The notes: generated by a model not told the origin, from the sequence alone. Counted from the stretch's first letter, positions 25,312-33,820 are shown. The stretch: 42,639 nucleotides of DNA from an uncultured Alphaproteobacteria bacterium (GCA_964529255.1 CAZGVT010000003.1:1-42639); one strand, 5' to 3'. Numbers and translations: made by a program.

Positions 25312-26940
25312 ATGAAAGGTGTGCGTTTCATTTTTGCAATTTTTTCGGCAGTCTTCCTGATTTCCGCGCCCTCGGTGCGGGCGGAGCTCGTGCCGACAGC
25401 GCGCGGGCTGCAACTACAACAGCGCGGCGGCGTGCCTGTCTCGGGAGTGATCCTGTTCGAGCCGGCGCAACAGCATGTTCGACGTGCGTGGGATGACGTG
25501 GGGGTAAACGGTCGCTGTAATCAAGATCCGATCGGCGCTCGCCAAAACGAGATCACCGCGTTTGCCAATCCGCTGAATACGGATATCGTTTTGACGGGCT
25601 CCAATGACTATCGCAACGGCGATGCCTCCGGCGGTTTCTACCACACGATCAATGCCGGCGCGACCTGGTTCGATGCACTGGTTACCCGTGGGCCCGTTGG
25701 GACGTACGACGCAGCGGGCGATCCTGTCGCCGCCGTGGATCGCGACGCGAGAATGTATGCGTTGTACATTGCGTTTGATCGAGACCCGGGTGTGGACAAC
25801 GGCTTGTATTGCCAAACTTCGTCGGACGACGGCAGCACATGGCAGGCTCCGGTGCCGGTTGCCGAACATGTCGGTGAGCCCAATCCCGACTTCGAGGACA
25901 AACCTTACGCGATTTGTGATATTGTCCCCGGTTCGCCCTACTTGAACAATTTTTATGTCACCTGGACTCGTTTCTTCGCCGCCGGTGGAGCGCAGATTCA
26001 CTTTGCCAAGTCAGAAGATGGCGGCGCTACTTTCTCGGCTCCGCTCGCGATTTCGGGCTCAACCAATGCGCAGTTTTCCTGTCCTGCGGTCGGACCCAAT
26101 GGCGAGATCTACGTCGTCTGGTACACCTACGGCTCCGTGACCATTCGATTCGACTATTCGCTTGACGGCGGGACAACATGGCATCTGGATCGCGCGGTCA
26201 ACGGTTTCAATGATACCTTCCCGCAGAATCCTTGCGGCACTTGGCGCAGAGTCTCGTATCCGGTGATCGGCTGCGATGTGTCCAACGGCCCGCGACGCGG
26301 TTGGATCTACGTAAGCTGGGTGGACAATAGTGGTGGCGAGCCCGATGTCTTATTCGTGCGTTCCGAAGACGGTGGAACGACTTGGAGCGCGCCGGTTCAT
26401 GTGGAAGACGATATGAACGATCGCTGGCAGTGGTTCCACTGGATGACGGTTCATCCCGAAACCGGAGATATTGGCATCTCGTGGCTCGACCGGCGCGAAG
26501 ATCCTGCCAATTGCACCTATCGTACTTATGCGACGATTTCGACGGATGGTGGAGATACCTGGGCCGCAAATTTCCCCGTCGGAGATCAAGTGTCCGATCC
26601 GACCACATCAACATTCATCGGGGACTACTGCGGAAACACGTTTAAGAACGACGGTTTCTATGCCGCCTGGGTTGACCTGCGGAATGATGGTGGTGACGCT
26701 TACGCGGCGTGGTACCGTTTGGGATTTGCGGCACCCGATGCGCTGGTGATTCAAGTTACTGGCGCAGACTTGGTGCTACAATGGAACTCGGTCGGAGCGC
26801 CGTTGTACAATATTTACAGTGCGTCATCACCGGACGGCCCGTTTGATACGCTGGAAGGATCAACCTCGAATACGACATTTACAGATGTGAATCCGGTCGC
26901 ATTTACCAAATTTTACGAAGTCAGGGCGGCAACCGAATGA
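25312..26940 (+). CDS. Secreted BNR/Asp-box repeat beta-propeller (sialidase-like fold) with C-terminal Fn3-like domain
   Basis: ATG 25312 lies 5 nt after AAGGAG. Signal peptide MKGVRFIFAIFSAVFLISAPSVRA. Five Asp-boxes are present: SSDDGSTW, SEDGGATF, SLDGGTTW, SEDGGTTW and STDGGDTW. Confidence 0.85.
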   Translation: MKGVRFIFAIFSAVFLISAPSVRAELVPTARGLQLQQRGGVPVSGVILFEPAQQHVRRAWDDVGVNGRCNQDPIGARQNEITAFANPLNTDIVLTGSNDYRNGDASGGFYHTINAGATWFDALVTRGPVGTYDAAGDPVAAVDRDARMYALYIAFDRDPGVDNGLYCQTSSDDGSTWQAPVPVAEHVGEPNPDFEDKPYAICDIVPGSPYLNNFYVTWTRFFAAGGAQIHFAKSEDGGATFSAPLAISGSTNAQFSCPAVGPNGEIYVVWYTYGSVTIRFDYSLDGGTTWHLDRAVNGFNDTFPQNPCGTWRRVSYPVIGCDVSNGPRRGWIYVSWVDNSGGEPDVLFVRSEDGGTTWSAPVHVEDDMNDRWQWFHWMTVHPETGDIGISWLDRREDPANCTYRTYATISTDGGDTWAANFPVGDQVSDPTTSTFIGDYCGNTFKNDGFYAAWVDLRNDGGDAYAAWYRLGFAAPDALVIQVTGADLVLQWNSVGAPLYNIYSASSPDGPFDTLEGSTSNTTFTDVNPVAFTKFYEVRAATE

Positions 26941-27860
26941 GTCAAGTTGATGACAGTCTGACTTTGCCGGTCATTTCAGAGCATGCTACCGAGCGCAAGG
27001 GTCTCTCGAAACCAGAGTGGCTGAAAATCCGCCTCGGGCAGACAAAGACTTGGCATGGCGTGCTGCATATTGTCAGACATCAGAATCTGCATACGGTTTG
27101 CGAAGAAGCGGCTTGCCCGAATCGCGCGGAATGCTGGAGCCGGGGCACCGCGACTATCATGATCATGGGCGGCACTTGTACGCGCTCGTGCGGTTTTTGC
27201 AATGTGAAAACCGGACGGCCGCGACCGCTGGATCAGGATGAGCCAAGGCGCGTTGCCGAGGCGATTCGAGGGATGGGTCTGAAATATACTGTGATTACTT
27301 CGGTGGATCGCGATGAACTGCCGGACTGCGGAGCCGGCCATTTTGCCGCAACGATTCGCGCGGTCCACGCGTTAAATCCCCTGTGCAAGGTGGAAGTACT
27401 CACACCCGACTTCAAAGGAGTGCGGGATCTCGTCGATACGGTGTGTGAAGCCCGACCCGAGGTCTTCGCGCACAACATGGAAACCGTTGCCCGCCTGCAC
27501 TTGCGCGTCCGTCCGCAGGCCAAATACTGGAGAAGCCTGCAGGTGCTCGCGCGAGCCAAGCAGAAGGGGTTGGTAACGAAATCCGGAATCATGCTCGGCT
27601 TGGGCGAGACGCGTGAGGAAGTGCTTCAGGTGATGCGCGATCTTGCAGATGTGAATTGCGATTTGTTGACCATCGGGCAGTACATGCAGCCTTCATCGCG
27701 GCACTTGCCGGTTGAAGCCTATGTTCATCCCGACGTATTCGGTGAGTATGCCCGATTGGGGAAGTCGTTCGGATTGCGGCACGTGGAATCCGGACCGCTG
27801 GTCAGAAGTTCGTATCGTGCTGAGACGCAGGAAGCGCTGATGCGCGAACATCTTTTGTAA
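26937..27860 (+). CDS. lipA: Lipoyl synthase
   Basis: Auxiliary cluster motif CEEAACPNRAECW and radical-SAM motif CTRSCGFCNV. The start overlaps the upstream stop (ATGA). Confidence 0.95.
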   Translation: MSQVDDSLTLPVISEHATERKGLSKPEWLKIRLGQTKTWHGVLHIVRHQNLHTVCEEAACPNRAECWSRGTATIMIMGGTCTRSCGFCNVKTGRPRPLDQDEPRRVAEAIRGMGLKYTVITSVDRDELPDCGAGHFAATIRAVHALNPLCKVEVLTPDFKGVRDLVDTVCEARPEVFAHNMETVARLHLRVRPQAKYWRSLQVLARAKQKGLVTKSGIMLGLGETREEVLQVMRDLADVNCDLLTIGQYMQPSSRHLPVEAYVHPDVFGEYARLGKSFGLRHVESGPLVRSSYRAETQEALMREHLL

Positions 27861-27903
27861 CTGAATTCAGATAATCTGTGTACGATAGAGAGGAGCAGAC
27901 AAC

Positions 27904-28227
27904 ATGATTAACCTGTCACCATTGGCCGTCGAAAAGGTCAAGGACTTTATGTCCAGGGAGAACAAGTCGGACTGGAAATTGCGGATGGGCATCAAAGGCG
28001 GAGGCTGCAGCGGATTCCGATATGTGCTCGGATTTGACAATCAGGTCTCCGAACAGGATCAGGTCTTCGAGCAGGAGGGTGTGACCCTTGTATGCGATAC
28101 GCGCAGCTACCTGTACCTGAACGGCACGACCATTGATTTTGAAGACGGGCTGAACGGTTCCGGTTTTGTGTTCCGGAATCCGAACGCCAAGCGGTCGTGC
28201 GGCTGCGGTCAGAGTTTTTCCAGTTGA
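27904..28227 (+). CDS. erpA: A-type Fe-S cluster carrier (IscA/ErpA/HesB family)
   Basis: GIKGGGCSGFRY and C-terminal CGCGQSF, 107 aa, with GAGGAG as SD. The ErpA versus IscA assignment is family-level only. Confidence 0.85.
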   Translation: MINLSPLAVEKVKDFMSRENKSDWKLRMGIKGGGCSGFRYVLGFDNQVSEQDQVFEQEGVTLVCDTRSYLYLNGTTIDFEDGLNGSGFVFRNPNAKRSCGCGQSFSS

Positions 28228-28280
28228 TCGAGCGCCCTTTTCGCGCGATCATACCCAATTACCGCGGACATTTGATTCGG

Positions 28281-28321
28281 CCCTTCACCCCGCCGGGTGA
28301 AGGGTTCGGCTTTTCGCCGAA
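28281..28321 (+). terminator. Intrinsic terminator-like hairpins after the A-type carrier gene
   Basis: CCCTTCACCC-cgcc-GGGTGAAGGG (10-bp stem) is followed by TTCGGCttttcGCCGAA. Confidence 0.6.
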
Positions 28322-28339
28322 CGTCCCGCCCGTCAACTC

Positions 28340-28678
28340 ATGTCACATGTAGAGATCGCAATTACCGAGGAGAATCTCTGGTTCACTGAGCGGTATTTGA
28401 ATCTGTTCGACTATCTCGATCTGTTTCCCGCCGACGCCGTTGGAACGGAATCACAGCGGGGCGTGCGGTTGGTTTTTCACACGGATTTGGGGTTCGATAT
28501 CACGTCCGACATTGACGGCGGCAAATTGCAACTCCGAAACCGATCCAAACTGCACGGCTGGCTGCGCTTCACAACTGAGCACGGCCTGCGACCCGGCGAC
28601 ATGATTGTACTGGAGCGAATCGGTCCGCGCGAGTACAAGCTCGAATTGGTGCGAGCGGGCTCGAATGCGCGGGAGTGA
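28340..28678 (+). CDS. Hypothetical 112-aa protein (possible small beta-barrel, B3/AbrB-like; speculative)
   Basis: Composition is protein-like. The C-terminal pattern LHGWLRFTTEHGLRPGDMIVLERIGPREYKLELV resembles pseudobarrel DNA-binding domains. I recognise no family confidently. Confidence 0.45.
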   Translation: MSHVEIAITEENLWFTERYLNLFDYLDLFPADAVGTESQRGVRLVFHTDLGFDITSDIDGGKLQLRNRSKLHGWLRFTTEHGLRPGDMIVLERIGPREYKLELVRAGSNARE

Positions 28679-28689
28679 ACCCGAAAACC

Positions 28690-28897
28690 GGGCGTGTTGA
28701 TCGCACGCCCCAGACTATTGACAAACCCATCGATGTTTGAGGGGCCTGTCTTGGGAGCCGCGAGGTGGCTCTCAATTCGCCACGCGAGCACTCGCGAGTT
28801 CTCGAACCTGATCGGCCCGGCGGTTGGCTGCAAGCAGCCAACACTGCCCGGGCCTTTGTCAGCAAACTGGGCGTGTTGATCGCACCCCCCCTTTTTT
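28690..28897 (+). other. Structured GC-rich spacer bounded by a 17-nt direct repeat (GGGCGTGTTGATCGCAC at 28690 and 28869); the second copy forms a terminator with a T-tract
   Basis: Copy 1 forms a perfect 7-bp hairpin GGGCGTG-ttgatcg-CACGCCC just after the stop codon. Copy 2 is the same hairpin with one mismatch, followed by ccTTTTTTcTT. Nested hairpins lie between them (GGCCCGG..GTTGGCTG-caag-CAGCCAAC..CCGGGCC; CGCGAG-ca-CTCGCG; GTGGC-tctcaattc-GCCAC). Confidence 0.5.
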
Positions 28898-28926
28898 CTT
28901 CCCCATCAAAACAACAAATTGATTGA

Positions 28927-29220
28927 ATGGCCTTAATTCGCTTTCCGCTGGATGAATTGATCGGAGACGGTCTCGTGCGCGAGACGGAGTTCCGGGAGCA
29001 GCTCAATCGTTTAAACGTGGAACCCTATCGCGGCCAAGCCGTACTACTCCCGTGGATACATCATCTCGAACTGCCGATCTGGGTATATTTGATGGCCGTT
29101 GCCAAATTGTCCTCGGTAGTGGCAGTGCTCTCGTTCGGTGAGGCCTGCAGTCCGGTCACTTTGCTTCAGCGTGGCCGAATCTCCGATTCACTCGAAACGG
29201 GGAAAGATTCGCCGACTTGA
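28927..29220 (+). CDS. Small hypothetical protein, DUF2480-like
   Basis: GLVRETEFREQLNRLNVEPYRGQAVLL..LPIWVYLMAVAKLSSVVAVLSFGE resembles the DUF2480 pattern (LREKDFRE.L...dW..Y....V.......iP.WAYMl....L.p.a..v.FG), recalled from memory. Confidence 0.4.
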   Translation: MALIRFPLDELIGDGLVRETEFREQLNRLNVEPYRGQAVLLPWIHHLELPIWVYLMAVAKLSSVVAVLSFGEACSPVTLLQRGRISDSLETGKDSPT

Positions 29221-29245
29221 CAAACGATAGGGTATTGTTTATATT
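29217..29245 (+). promoter_or_regulatory. Consensus sigma70-type promoter of the tol-pal operon (TTGACA-17 nt-TATATT)
   Basis: TTGACA at 29217-29222 (overlapping the upstream stop codon), 17-nt spacer, TATATT at 29240-29245. The hexamers are the same as in the ispG promoter. Confidence 0.6.
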
Positions 29246-29328
29246 GCAGTACTTGGCACCTGAGGAGGCTGCCTGATTGGGTCCAGCTAAATTCTTAACA
29301 TTTTGTTTATTATCAATTTAGTAATCGC

Positions 29329-30021
29329 ATGACCCCGACTGAAGGAGGGCTGTGGGAGCTCGTACTGGTTGCCTCACCCTTTGCCAAATTCATTCTGCTT
29401 GTCTTGGCTGCGATGTCGGTGGCGTCGTGGACCATCATTCTTGAGAAGCTAATCCTCATGTCCCGCGTCCGGCGAGCCAATGCCGGGATGGGACATTACC
29501 GTTGGTCCAATTTCGATCCTCGTTCAATGGCCATGGAGGCGCGCCGCTACAGCGCGGCATTCACATCCAGGGCCTATCTTGCGGTTTATCGTGAACTATT
29601 GGATCGCGGGGGCGAGTCCTCCTATGACGGTGAACTCGTCGGGCGCGAGTTTTCCAGAGCCGTCACAGCAGAGTTGAATCGCGCTGAGCGTTTTCTTCCG
29701 TTTCTCGCAACTTGCAGTTCGGCAGGACCGTTTCTGGGATTGCTCGGAACGGTGTGGGGAATTATCAGCGCATTTCAGCGAATCGGAGTCTGGGGCGGGG
29801 CCAATATCGCGGTCGTTGCACCCGGTATCGCTGAAGCTCTGGTGGCAACCGCCGTCGGATTGTTCGCGGCGATACCCGCTCTGGTGGCCTACAATTTCAT
29901 CTCGAATTGGCTGCGCAAGGAGGCCGGTCGAGCCGAGGAATTCGGTGATGATCTTACCTACGTCGTGACCCGTCATTCCGGGCACACTCCCACTGCCACG
30001 CGCATTCGTCCCGTGCAGTAA
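29329..30021 (+). CDS. tolQ: Tol-Pal system proton-channel protein TolQ (MotA/TolQ/ExbB family)
   Basis: LPFLATCSSAGPFLGLLGTVWGIISAF and APGIAEALVATAVGLFAAIPALVAYN. The gene heads the tolR-tolB-pal cluster. Confidence 0.9.
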   Translation: MTPTEGGLWELVLVASPFAKFILLVLAAMSVASWTIILEKLILMSRVRRANAGMGHYRWSNFDPRSMAMEARRYSAAFTSRAYLAVYRELLDRGGESSYDGELVGREFSRAVTAELNRAERFLPFLATCSSAGPFLGLLGTVWGIISAFQRIGVWGGANIAVVAPGIAEALVATAVGLFAAIPALVAYNFISNWLRKEAGRAEEFGDDLTYVVTRHSGHTPTATRIRPVQ

Positions 30022-30027
30022 TCGATC

Positions 30028-30456
30028 ATGAAGCACGGCTCCTTCAAGGTTCACTACCGCCCGATTCCCGACATCAACGTGACTTCGCTTGTCGATGTGA
30101 CATTGGTGCTGCTGATTATCTTTATGGTTGCCGCGCCGATCATGAAGAATACGCTCAACATCGAAGTTCCGCAGGCCGTTACCGCAAAGCCGAATGATAA
30201 GGACGGGATCACGATCATCGTCCAGAAGAACGGCAAGATTTCGATCAATGATGTTTCCACCGATGAAGAGCGCTTCGATGCCGACTTCAGCCAGATGTGG
30301 AATCCTCAGAGCAGCGAACCGGTCTTTCTCAAGGCGGACGGCGGAGTTCCCTATGCCAAAGTGCTGACCATTGTGGATGCGCTGCGTGAGGTCGGCGTAG
30401 TCGATCTGGGATTGGTCGCGGAGCCCGGCGAGTCCCGGCACGGCCGCAGGCGGTAG
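30028..30456 (+). CDS. tolR: Tol-Pal system protein TolR (ExbD/TolR family)
   Basis: INVTSLVDVTLVLLIIFMVAAP TM with the conserved Asp, followed by an ExbD-like periplasmic domain. Confidence 0.9.
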   Translation: MKHGSFKVHYRPIPDINVTSLVDVTLVLLIIFMVAAPIMKNTLNIEVPQAVTAKPNDKDGITIIVQKNGKISINDVSTDEERFDADFSQMWNPQSSEPVFLKADGGVPYAKVLTIVDALREVGVVDLGLVAEPGESRHGRRR

Positions 30457-30463
30457 AGTTTCC

Positions 30464-31096
30464 ATGCGCGGCCCATTTGCGGGTTCGATTGGTCTGCACG
30501 TCATCGCTGTGCTGATCATGATCTTTGGAAGTCGACTCGGTGAAGGCCGGAAGACTCCGCTTCCGCAGGCGACCAACGTCCGGCTTGTCCGGCCGATGGC
30601 GACACCGGTTGCCGCACCCACTCAAAAGCAGCAGTCGGAACCGGTGATTCCCGAATCGAAACCGCCGCTTGAAATTCCCAAAGAGAAGAAGGAAAAGTCC
30701 GAGGCGAAGCCGGTGGAAATCCCGGACAAGCCGAAGCCCCGCAGTGTGCTGCCAAAACTGGAGCGGCGCGGAGAATCGGGAAACGTGCTCAAGCTGCAGA
30801 ATCCCGGATTCGATTACGACTTTTACCTCGGCTCCGTTCAGGCAAAGATCGAACAGTTCTTCCGTCCACCGACGGGGGTCAAAGGTCAATACATGACTAC
30901 CGTCGGATTCGTGATTCAGAAGGACGGTTCGGTTTCCGATATCCAGCTGGTTAAGAACTCCGGGAACTCGTTTCTTGACCTGGCTGCCGAGCGGGCCATA
31001 CGGGCGGCCGGAAAATTCGGACGATTGCCTGCGCAGTACGAACAGAATCAGCTTATTATCCACTACGAATTTGTGTTGAATCCTTCCGGCAAATAA
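30464..31096 (+). CDS. TolA-position energy-transducer with TonB-type C-terminal domain
   Basis: An N-terminal TM, a Pro/Lys/Glu-rich linker (PESKPPLEIPKEKKEKSEAKPVEIPDKPKP), then a TonB_C-like domain (GFVIQKDGSVSDIQLVKNSGNSFLDLAAERAIRAA). Confidence 0.75.
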   Translation: MRGPFAGSIGLHVIAVLIMIFGSRLGEGRKTPLPQATNVRLVRPMATPVAAPTQKQQSEPVIPESKPPLEIPKEKKEKSEAKPVEIPDKPKPRSVLPKLERRGESGNVLKLQNPGFDYDFYLGSVQAKIEQFFRPPTGVKGQYMTTVGFVIQKDGSVSDIQLVKNSGNSFLDLAAERAIRAAGKFGRLPAQYEQNQLIIHYEFVLNPSGK

Positions 31097-31105
31097 GCGA
31101 GTGTG

Positions 31106-32440
31106 ATGCGTAAGATTCAGAGCCGCGTGCGTGGTTGGTTGGGATACTTGTTGCTCATTGGCATTAGTTCGGTGCTTTTTGCGCAACCCATTCGCATCCG
31201 AACGGACGCCGCTTCGGTGGGCCGCATGGACATCGTGGTCTACCCGTTTACGTCCACCACGAGCGACGCCTATTCAGCGGATCTTGCAAACGTGTTGTAC
31301 GACGTCGTGAAAAACGATTTGGCTTATTCCGGCTACTTCAATGTGCTGGAGCCCGGTGATCTTCCGCCGGATACCGTCGTGCAGGTGCGGAGAGTGGGAA
31401 GCAGTTACGATACCTTGCGCACATTTTCAGGTTCGAGTGCCGCCCGCATTCAAGGCACCGTTGCGGCGGGATGGGATCGCATGACCTCGTCGATGAAGAT
31501 ATTCTTCCCGCCGAAGATCGTCGCCGAGTACGAACAGGACTTCAATTTCAGTTCCGACGGGGCGCGCGACGCCGGACACGAAATTGCTTCGTGGATTACC
31601 CAGATGCTCACCGGCGAAACCGGTGCCTATGCTTCCAAAATTGCATTTGTCGTAAAATCGGCCGGTACGAAAGAGATTTGGGTGATGGACTGGGACGGCG
31701 CCAATCCGCATGTGCTTACCCGGGACAACTCGACGAATATGTCTCCGACATGGTCCGCCGATGGCAAGAGCCTGTATTACACTTCGTTCAAATCGGGCAA
31801 TGCGGATATTTACAGGCTCGATCTCGCATCCGGCAGGAGCGCGCCGTTTGCCGCAACGCCGCGTTTGGACAGCGCGCCCTGCGTGTCGCCGGATGGCCAA
31901 TGGGTGGCGTTTTCCTCTTCTGAAGACGGCAATTCGGAGATCTATCGTATGCGGCCCGACGGCAGCGACAAGGCTCAACTCACGGTGAGCTACGGCATTG
32001 ACACATCACCGTCCTTTGCGCCCACCGGCAACGAATTGGTCTTCACATCGGATCGCGGCGGCAGCCCGCAAATCTACAAGATGGACATTGACGGCGCAAG
32101 TGTCCAGCGACTAACCTACTCCGGGAATTACAACGAAACCGCGCGCTGGTCGCCTCGCGGTGATATGATCGCTTTTGCAAGCCGGGAAGTCGGATTCCAG
32201 ATCTTCACACTCTCGCTGGCGGACGGCCGAGAGCGAAGAGTGACGGACCCGGGATCCAATCTTGATCCAAGCTGGTCCGCCGACGGCATGAAATTGGTCT
32301 ACGCGTCCGTCCAGGGCGGCAAAGGTTCGATCTGGACCTGCAACTGGGACGGCAGCGGAGCAAGACAGTTGACCTTCGGGCTGGAAGCGTCTCAGCCGCA
32401 ATGGGGGCCGGCTCTGCCTCAACTGACTTCGGAAAACTGA
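31106..32440 (+). CDS. tolB: Tol-Pal system beta-propeller protein TolB
   Basis: Repeated P.WSpDG..laf.S.r.G...iy blades (SPTWSADGKSLYYTS, CVSPDGQWVAFSS, SPSFAPTGNELVFTS, ARWSPRGDMIAFAS, DPSWSADGMKLVYAS). ATG 31106 is preferred over GTG 31103. Confidence 0.9.
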   Translation: MRKIQSRVRGWLGYLLLIGISSVLFAQPIRIRTDAASVGRMDIVVYPFTSTTSDAYSADLANVLYDVVKNDLAYSGYFNVLEPGDLPPDTVVQVRRVGSSYDTLRTFSGSSAARIQGTVAAGWDRMTSSMKIFFPPKIVAEYEQDFNFSSDGARDAGHEIASWITQMLTGETGAYASKIAFVVKSAGTKEIWVMDWDGANPHVLTRDNSTNMSPTWSADGKSLYYTSFKSGNADIYRLDLASGRSAPFAATPRLDSAPCVSPDGQWVAFSSSEDGNSEIYRMRPDGSDKAQLTVSYGIDTSPSFAPTGNELVFTSDRGGSPQIYKMDIDGASVQRLTYSGNYNETARWSPRGDMIAFASREVGFQIFTLSLADGRERRVTDPGSNLDPSWSADGMKLVYASVQGGKGSIWTCNWDGSGARQLTFGLEASQPQWGPALPQLTSEN

Positions 32441-32514
32441 CACACACTCTCTATTCACACGAATTGAGTCTTTCTCATAAATCGAATAACCTCTTTCCAT
32501 TGGGAGCAAAGAAC

Positions 32515-33042
32515 ATGAAACGAGTCTTGAGGATTTCGTCACTGCTCTTAGTGATGATTCTCTCGCTGGCGGTCGCCACAACGGGTTGCAAGAAGAAGAC
32601 AAAGACGTCCTCCGAAGACGGCAGCGGCAAGCCTGATATCGTCGACACCGGAAACGGCAATACCGGGGATTCCACTCCGCCCGCCCCGACCGACGACGAA
32701 GCCACCGCGAAATCACGCATTCGCACCGTCTACTTCGATTTTGATCGGTCCGACGTCCGCCCGGATATGCGCGATGAGATCAAGGAAAACGCCGATATCT
32801 TCCGGGAGTGGAGCAACTGGATGATCACCGTCGAGGGCCACTGCGACGAGCGCGGCACGACGGAGTACAATCTTGCGCTTGGCGAGCGCAGGGCAATCGC
32901 GGCAAAGCAGGCGCTGGTCGCCGAAGGCATTGCAGCCACGCGACTGACGACCGTGAGCTTCGGCGAAGAGCGAGCCGTGGATCCGGGTCATACCGAATCG
33001 TCATGGTCCCGCAATCGTCGCGCAGAGTTCCGCGCGAAGTAA
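32515..33042 (+). CDS. pal: Peptidoglycan-associated lipoprotein Pal (OmpA family)
   Basis: ATG 32515 follows GGGAG. Lipobox LAVATTGC. OmpA-like motif VYFDFDRSDVRP..ITVEGHCDERGTTEYNLALGERRA..NRRAEF. Confidence 0.9.
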   Translation: MKRVLRISSLLLVMILSLAVATTGCKKKTKTSSEDGSGKPDIVDTGNGNTGDSTPPAPTDDEATAKSRIRTVYFDFDRSDVRPDMRDEIKENADIFREWSNWMITVEGHCDERGTTEYNLALGERRAIAAKQALVAEGIAATRLTTVSFGEERAVDPGHTESSWSRNRRAEFRAK

Positions 33043-33043
33043 G

Positions 33044-33787
33044 TTGACTGTGCCGGTCGGTCGCCTGACTTATCTGCTGATTATCGCCGTTCCATTGCTG
33101 CTAACGGTCGGTTGTGCGTCGCGTAAGCAGATGATGGATCTGCAATCGCAGACTGATCGCATTGCCGCTCGCATCGACAGCTTGTCGGCGTCTCAGCAAC
33201 GCATTGAGTCGCTGGTGACTCAGCTCGGCGGAGAAGTGCGCAATTACAGCGCCGCTGCTCAGTTCGGATCTTCGTCGTTGCAGGAAAATGTGCAGGGTCT
33301 CACGGCCCGGCTCGATGACATCCTGAACCGGATGGACCGCTCGCTGGCCCCGCTCGAGGAGTGGCTCCGTGATCAAGGCAGCAAGGACAGCAGCGGCGCC
33401 AAGATTCTCGGCGTCGATTTCTTTGATGCCGCCCAACGTGATCTCGGCCTCGGCAACTACGATCTGGCGGAAATCGGATTTTTGCAGTTTCTCGAACAGA
33501 ATCCGCAGGGCGATCTCACCGATGATGCGCGGCTCGGTCTTGCCGAGTCGTACTATCACCGCAAGCAATATGACGAAGCAATTGAAGAGTATCAGCGGGT
33601 AATCGATCTGGATCGCAATGGCCCAAAGGTGCCGGCGGCGATGTTAAAGCTCGGACTTTGTTACCGGGCCCAACAGAACATTGCCGCCGCACGAAAACAG
33701 TGGGAAGAGCTGATCGAGCGATTCCCGCATTCAGAAGAGGCCGGAGTCGCCGGGCAAAGATTGTCCGAACTCAAAGGCCGGCGCTGA
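33044..33787 (+). CDS. cpoB: Tol-Pal associated TPR protein CpoB/YbgF
   Basis: Lipobox-like LLTVGC, an N-terminal coiled coil, and C-terminal TPR repeats (AESYYHRKQYDEAIEEYQRVI..LKLGLCYRAQQNIAAARKQWEELIERFP). It is the last gene of the tol-pal cluster. Confidence 0.85.
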   Translation: MTVPVGRLTYLLIIAVPLLLTVGCASRKQMMDLQSQTDRIAARIDSLSASQQRIESLVTQLGGEVRNYSAAAQFGSSSLQENVQGLTARLDDILNRMDRSLAPLEEWLRDQGSKDSSGAKILGVDFFDAAQRDLGLGNYDLAEIGFLQFLEQNPQGDLTDDARLGLAESYYHRKQYDEAIEEYQRVIDLDRNGPKVPAAMLKLGLCYRAQQNIAAARKQWEELIERFPHSEEAGVAGQRLSELKGRR

Positions 33788-33820
33788 CTTTCCCGGTGAA
33801 CAGCAATCCAATAGAACCAC

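Noticed and set aside
28718-28746. TTGACA at 28718 considered as a promoter for the structured spacer
   Set aside because: The sequence 17-18 nt downstream (GGGGCC) has no -10-like hexamer.
28690-28897. Structured spacer considered as SRP (4.5S) RNA, tRNA or 6S RNA
   Set aside because: It has no GNRA-capped helix 8 with the conserved asymmetric and symmetric loops (the GCAAGCAGCC similarity lies in a perfect helix). It has no cloverleaf or T-loop GTTCGAATC-type motif. I kept it as an unclassified structured element.
29596-31186. Antisense ORFs across tolQ-tolR-tolA (29596..30621, 341 aa; 30329..31186, 285 aa)
   Set aside because: The opposite strand encodes clear TolQ, TolR and TonB_C proteins with coupled starts. 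The antisense translations are Arg/Gly-rich and motif-free.
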